From Mobula hypostoma (lineage: Eukaryota), in the NCBI RefSeq assembly GCF_963921235.1, contig NC_086097.1:131628001-131692000 (forward strand): DNA of 64,000 nucleotides, read 5' to 3'. The position numbers and the translations under genes were made by a program. Of the stretch, positions 60,700 to 64,000 are shown one piece after another; the first letter of the stretch is position 1, and each line of letters starts with the position of its first letter. Below the pieces are notes generated by a model. It was given only the letters and a program-made list of their open reading frames with translations, ran no database searches and had not been told where the DNA came from.

Positions 60700-63600
60700 G
60701 CCAATAAAAAGAAGGGAGGTGTAAGCAAAGTGGCCATTGTTGGAGTGGGCCAGTATTAGAGTGGGAGGCTCTGGCTTAACAGGCTTTGGTGAGAACAGGC
60801 TAGGGCAAGCACAGACAGACATTCTAATTAAGTTTTTAATAAGGTTTTTTTCTCCGTTGCTTTGTCTATAGCCAGTGTGCTGAGGGTCTAGTGTTAGTGG
60901 TATGCTCTTTTTGTGAAATGTGGCACCTCTGGAAGACCTCCAGTCTCCCTGATAACTCAATCTGCATGAAGCGCATCGAGAAGCAGCTCCTTAGAGACCA
61001 TGTTAAGGAATTTTGGCTCATATGGGAGAATGATGAGGTGATAGATAAGAGCTATAGGGAGATAGTCACCCCTAAATTGCAAGAGGCAGGTACCTGAGAA
61101 AGTAGAGGGAAAGGGAATAGCCAGCCAGTGCCAAGTACTCCAGTGGCCGTTCCACTCAATAATAAGTCTACCACAGGGGGACAACCTACCAGGCGGAAGC
61201 TGCAACAGCTGGGTTTCTGGCTCTGTGCCTCAGAAGGGAGGCAGGGAGAAGAAGAGTGCAGTAGTGATAAGGGATTCCACATTTAAAGGAGCAGAGAGAA
61301 GACACCTGGCTACTATTTTGCCTCCCAGGTACCAGGGTCAGGGTCAGAAATGTCTTGGGTCATGTCCACAGCATTCTAAATGGAGGTGGGGGAGTGAGCA
61401 GCCAGAAGCCGTGGTATATTTGATAGGAAAAGGGAAGAGGTCTCCAAGAAAGAATATAGGGAGTTAGTAGGAAGATGAAAAGTAGGATCTCCAGGGTGGT
61501 AATCTCTGAATTGCTGCCTTTGCCATGACCCAGTGAGGGTAGGAATAGGACGATTTAGCAGTTGACTGCGTGGCTGAGGAATTGGCGCAGAGGGCAGGGT
61601 TTCTGGATCATTGGGATTTCTTCTGGGGAAAAGTATGACCTGTGACAAAATTAACAAAATGCAAGGATACACTTGAACCTGAGGGGGACCAATATCCTTG
61701 CGGACAGGTTTGTTACAACAGTTGGGGATGGTATAAATTAACTTGGCAAGTGGTTGGGAACTGGAAAGATCAGACTGAAGATGGAGCAGTTGGTATACAA
61801 GTTGATGCAGTGTGTAGTGAGGCTGTGAGGAAGAACAGGCAGATGACAGGGCAAAATTGCAGTCAGCGGGAAGTGTTGGTGTAATATGAGGGCAAAATTG
61901 AAAAGGGAGATGAAGACAGGACTGAAGGTGTTATATTTGAATGGAAACAATATACGGAACAAGGTAGATGATCTCGTAGCGCAGTTAGAGATTGGCAGGA
62001 GTGACATTGTGACATCACTGAGTTGTTGCTGAAAGAAATCATAGATGACAGCTCAACATCCAAGGATACATACTGTGTCAAAAGGCTGACAGAGAGGGAG
62101 AAGTGGTGGGTGGCTCTGCTGGCAAAAGAATAAAATAAAATCCTTCGAAAGAAGTGATGAAGGATCAGAAGATGTAGAATCCTTATGTGTAGAATTAAGA
62201 AACTGCAAGGGTAAAAAGACTTTGATAGATGTTATATACAAGCCTCCAAACAGCAACCAGGAAGTGGGATGCAAATTACAATGGGAGATAGAAAAAGCAT
62301 GTAAAAATGGCAATGTTCTGAAAGTCATTGGGGATTTCAATACGCAGCTAAACTGGGAAAATCAGGTTGGTGCTCGTTCCTAAGAGCGGGAATTTGTAGA
62401 ATGCCAGTGAGATGTATTTTCAGAGCACCTTCTGGTTGAGCCTACCAGGGGAAAGGCAATTCTGGATTGGGTGTTGTGTAATGAATCAGATTTGATTAGC
62501 AAGTTTAAGGTAAAGGAACCCTTCAGAGACAGTGATCATAAATTCCTTAGAATTCGCCTTGCAGTTTGAGAGGGAGAAGCTAAAGTCAGTTATAGAAAAG
62601 AGAGTGCATATAATACAACAAAAATTAGTGAAAGCTTTTAAAAACCAAGAGAAGGCAAAGAAAGAGTCATAAGGAGAGAAAAGATGCAAAATTAAAGAAA
62701 TATGAATAAAACAAAAAAGGATACCAAAAGTTTTTTTCAGACATATAAAGAATAAAAGAGAGAAAGGTGTAGATATTTGTCCTCTGGAAAATGACACCAG
62801 AGAGGTATAATGGGGGCCTAAGAAATGACGGGTGAACTTAATAAGTATTTTGTGTCAATCCTCACTGTGAAAGAAACCAACAGCATGCCAGAAATTCGTT
62901 CGTGTCAAGGGGTAGAAATGAGTGTAATTGCTACTACTAAGAAGAAGATGCTCAGGAAGCTGAAAAGTCTGATGGTAGATATGTCATCTGGACCAGGTAG
63001 ACTACACCCCAGAGTTCTGAAAGAAGTATCTGATAAGTAGTGATTTTTCAAAAATCGCTAGATTCTGGAATAGTTTTAGAGGACTGGAAAAATGCAAATG
63101 TCACTCTACTCCTAAAGAATGGAGGGAGGCAGAAAAAAGGGAATTATAGGCCAGTTAGCCTGACTTGAGTAATTGGGAAGATGTTTGAATCCATTATTAA
63201 AAGTGAGGTTTTGGAATAAGCCAAAGTCAGTATGGTTTTCTTATGAGGACAACTTGCCTGACAAATCTGTTGGAACTATTTGAGCAAATAACAAGCAGGA
63301 TAGACAAAGGAGAGACAATGGATGTTGTTTACTTGTATTTTCAGGTCTTTGACAAGGTGCCACACATGAGGCTGCTTTACAAGTTAAGAGCTCATGGCAT
63401 TATGGGAAGGATACTAGCATGGATAGAAGATTGACTGACTGGGAGGATGCAAAGAGTGGGAATAAAGGGGATCGTTTCTAGTTTGCTGCTGGTGATTAGT
63501 AGTGTGCTGCAGGGATTGGTGTTGGGACCACTTCTTTTCATGTTATATGTCAATGATTTGGATGATGGAATTGATGGCTTTGTGGCCAAGTTTGAGGACA

Positions 63601-64000
63601 ATACGAAGGTAGGTGGAGGGACAGGTAGTGTTGAGGAAGTAGGGAGTATGTAGAAGGACTTGGACAGATTGGAAGGATGGGCAAAGATGTGGCAGATAGA
63701 ATATAGCGTAGGGAAGTGTATGGTTGTGCACTTTGGTAGAAGGAATAAAGATGTTGACTATTTTCTAAACAGGAAGAACATTCAAAAATCAGATGGGCAA
63801 AGAGGCTTGTGAAGAGACTTGTGCAATACTCCCTAAACGTTAACTTGCAGGTTCAGTGAAGGCAAATGCAATAATTTCAAGAGGATTATAAAACAGGAGC
63901 AAGGGTGTAATGCTAAGGTTTTACAAGGCATTGGTCAGAGTACTGTGACTTATCTAAAAAAATATGTGCTAGTGTTAGAGATTGTCCGGAGGAGTTTCAT
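60700..64000 (+). mobile_element. Degenerate CR1 (ORF1 remnant, APE, RT) running off the window
   Basis: VVCSFCEMWHL; AVVIRDS; SSGPGRLHPRVLKEV; CLTNLLELFEQ..FDKVPH; LQGLVLGPLLF..AKFEDNTK. Confidence 0.88.

Overview
Eukaryotic, transposon-saturated, essentially non-genic vertebrate DNA. The repeat spectrum points to a cartilaginous fish, probably a ray (inference): CR1 LINEs, Rex1/Babar LINEs, RTE LINEs, Neptune-type Penelope-like elements, HE1-type and Deu-domain SINEs, a decayed Gypsy element, and hAT, mariner and Tigger DNA transposons. No host protein-coding gene was recognised. Nearly all listed ORFs are retroelement remnants or antisense noise. The most interesting layer is catalytic RNA. 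(i) A 548-bp non-coding RTE-type retroposon with a 14-bp TSD (43566-44113) begins with a fully pairable HDV-like ribozyme that has an unusual hairpin inserted in L3. (ii) A second short RTE-type retroposon (20714-21108) begins with a degenerate HDV-like fold. (iii) About 11 minimal type I hammerhead motifs sit in Penelope termini, several in TSD-bounded fold-back insertions whose inverted arms stop at the same motif. There is also a near-full-length AviRTE-like element, deep TE nesting, and a few repeat-free islands that may be enhancers or small exons. All folds and alignments were done by eye, and family names come from recalled consensus features rather than database searches.
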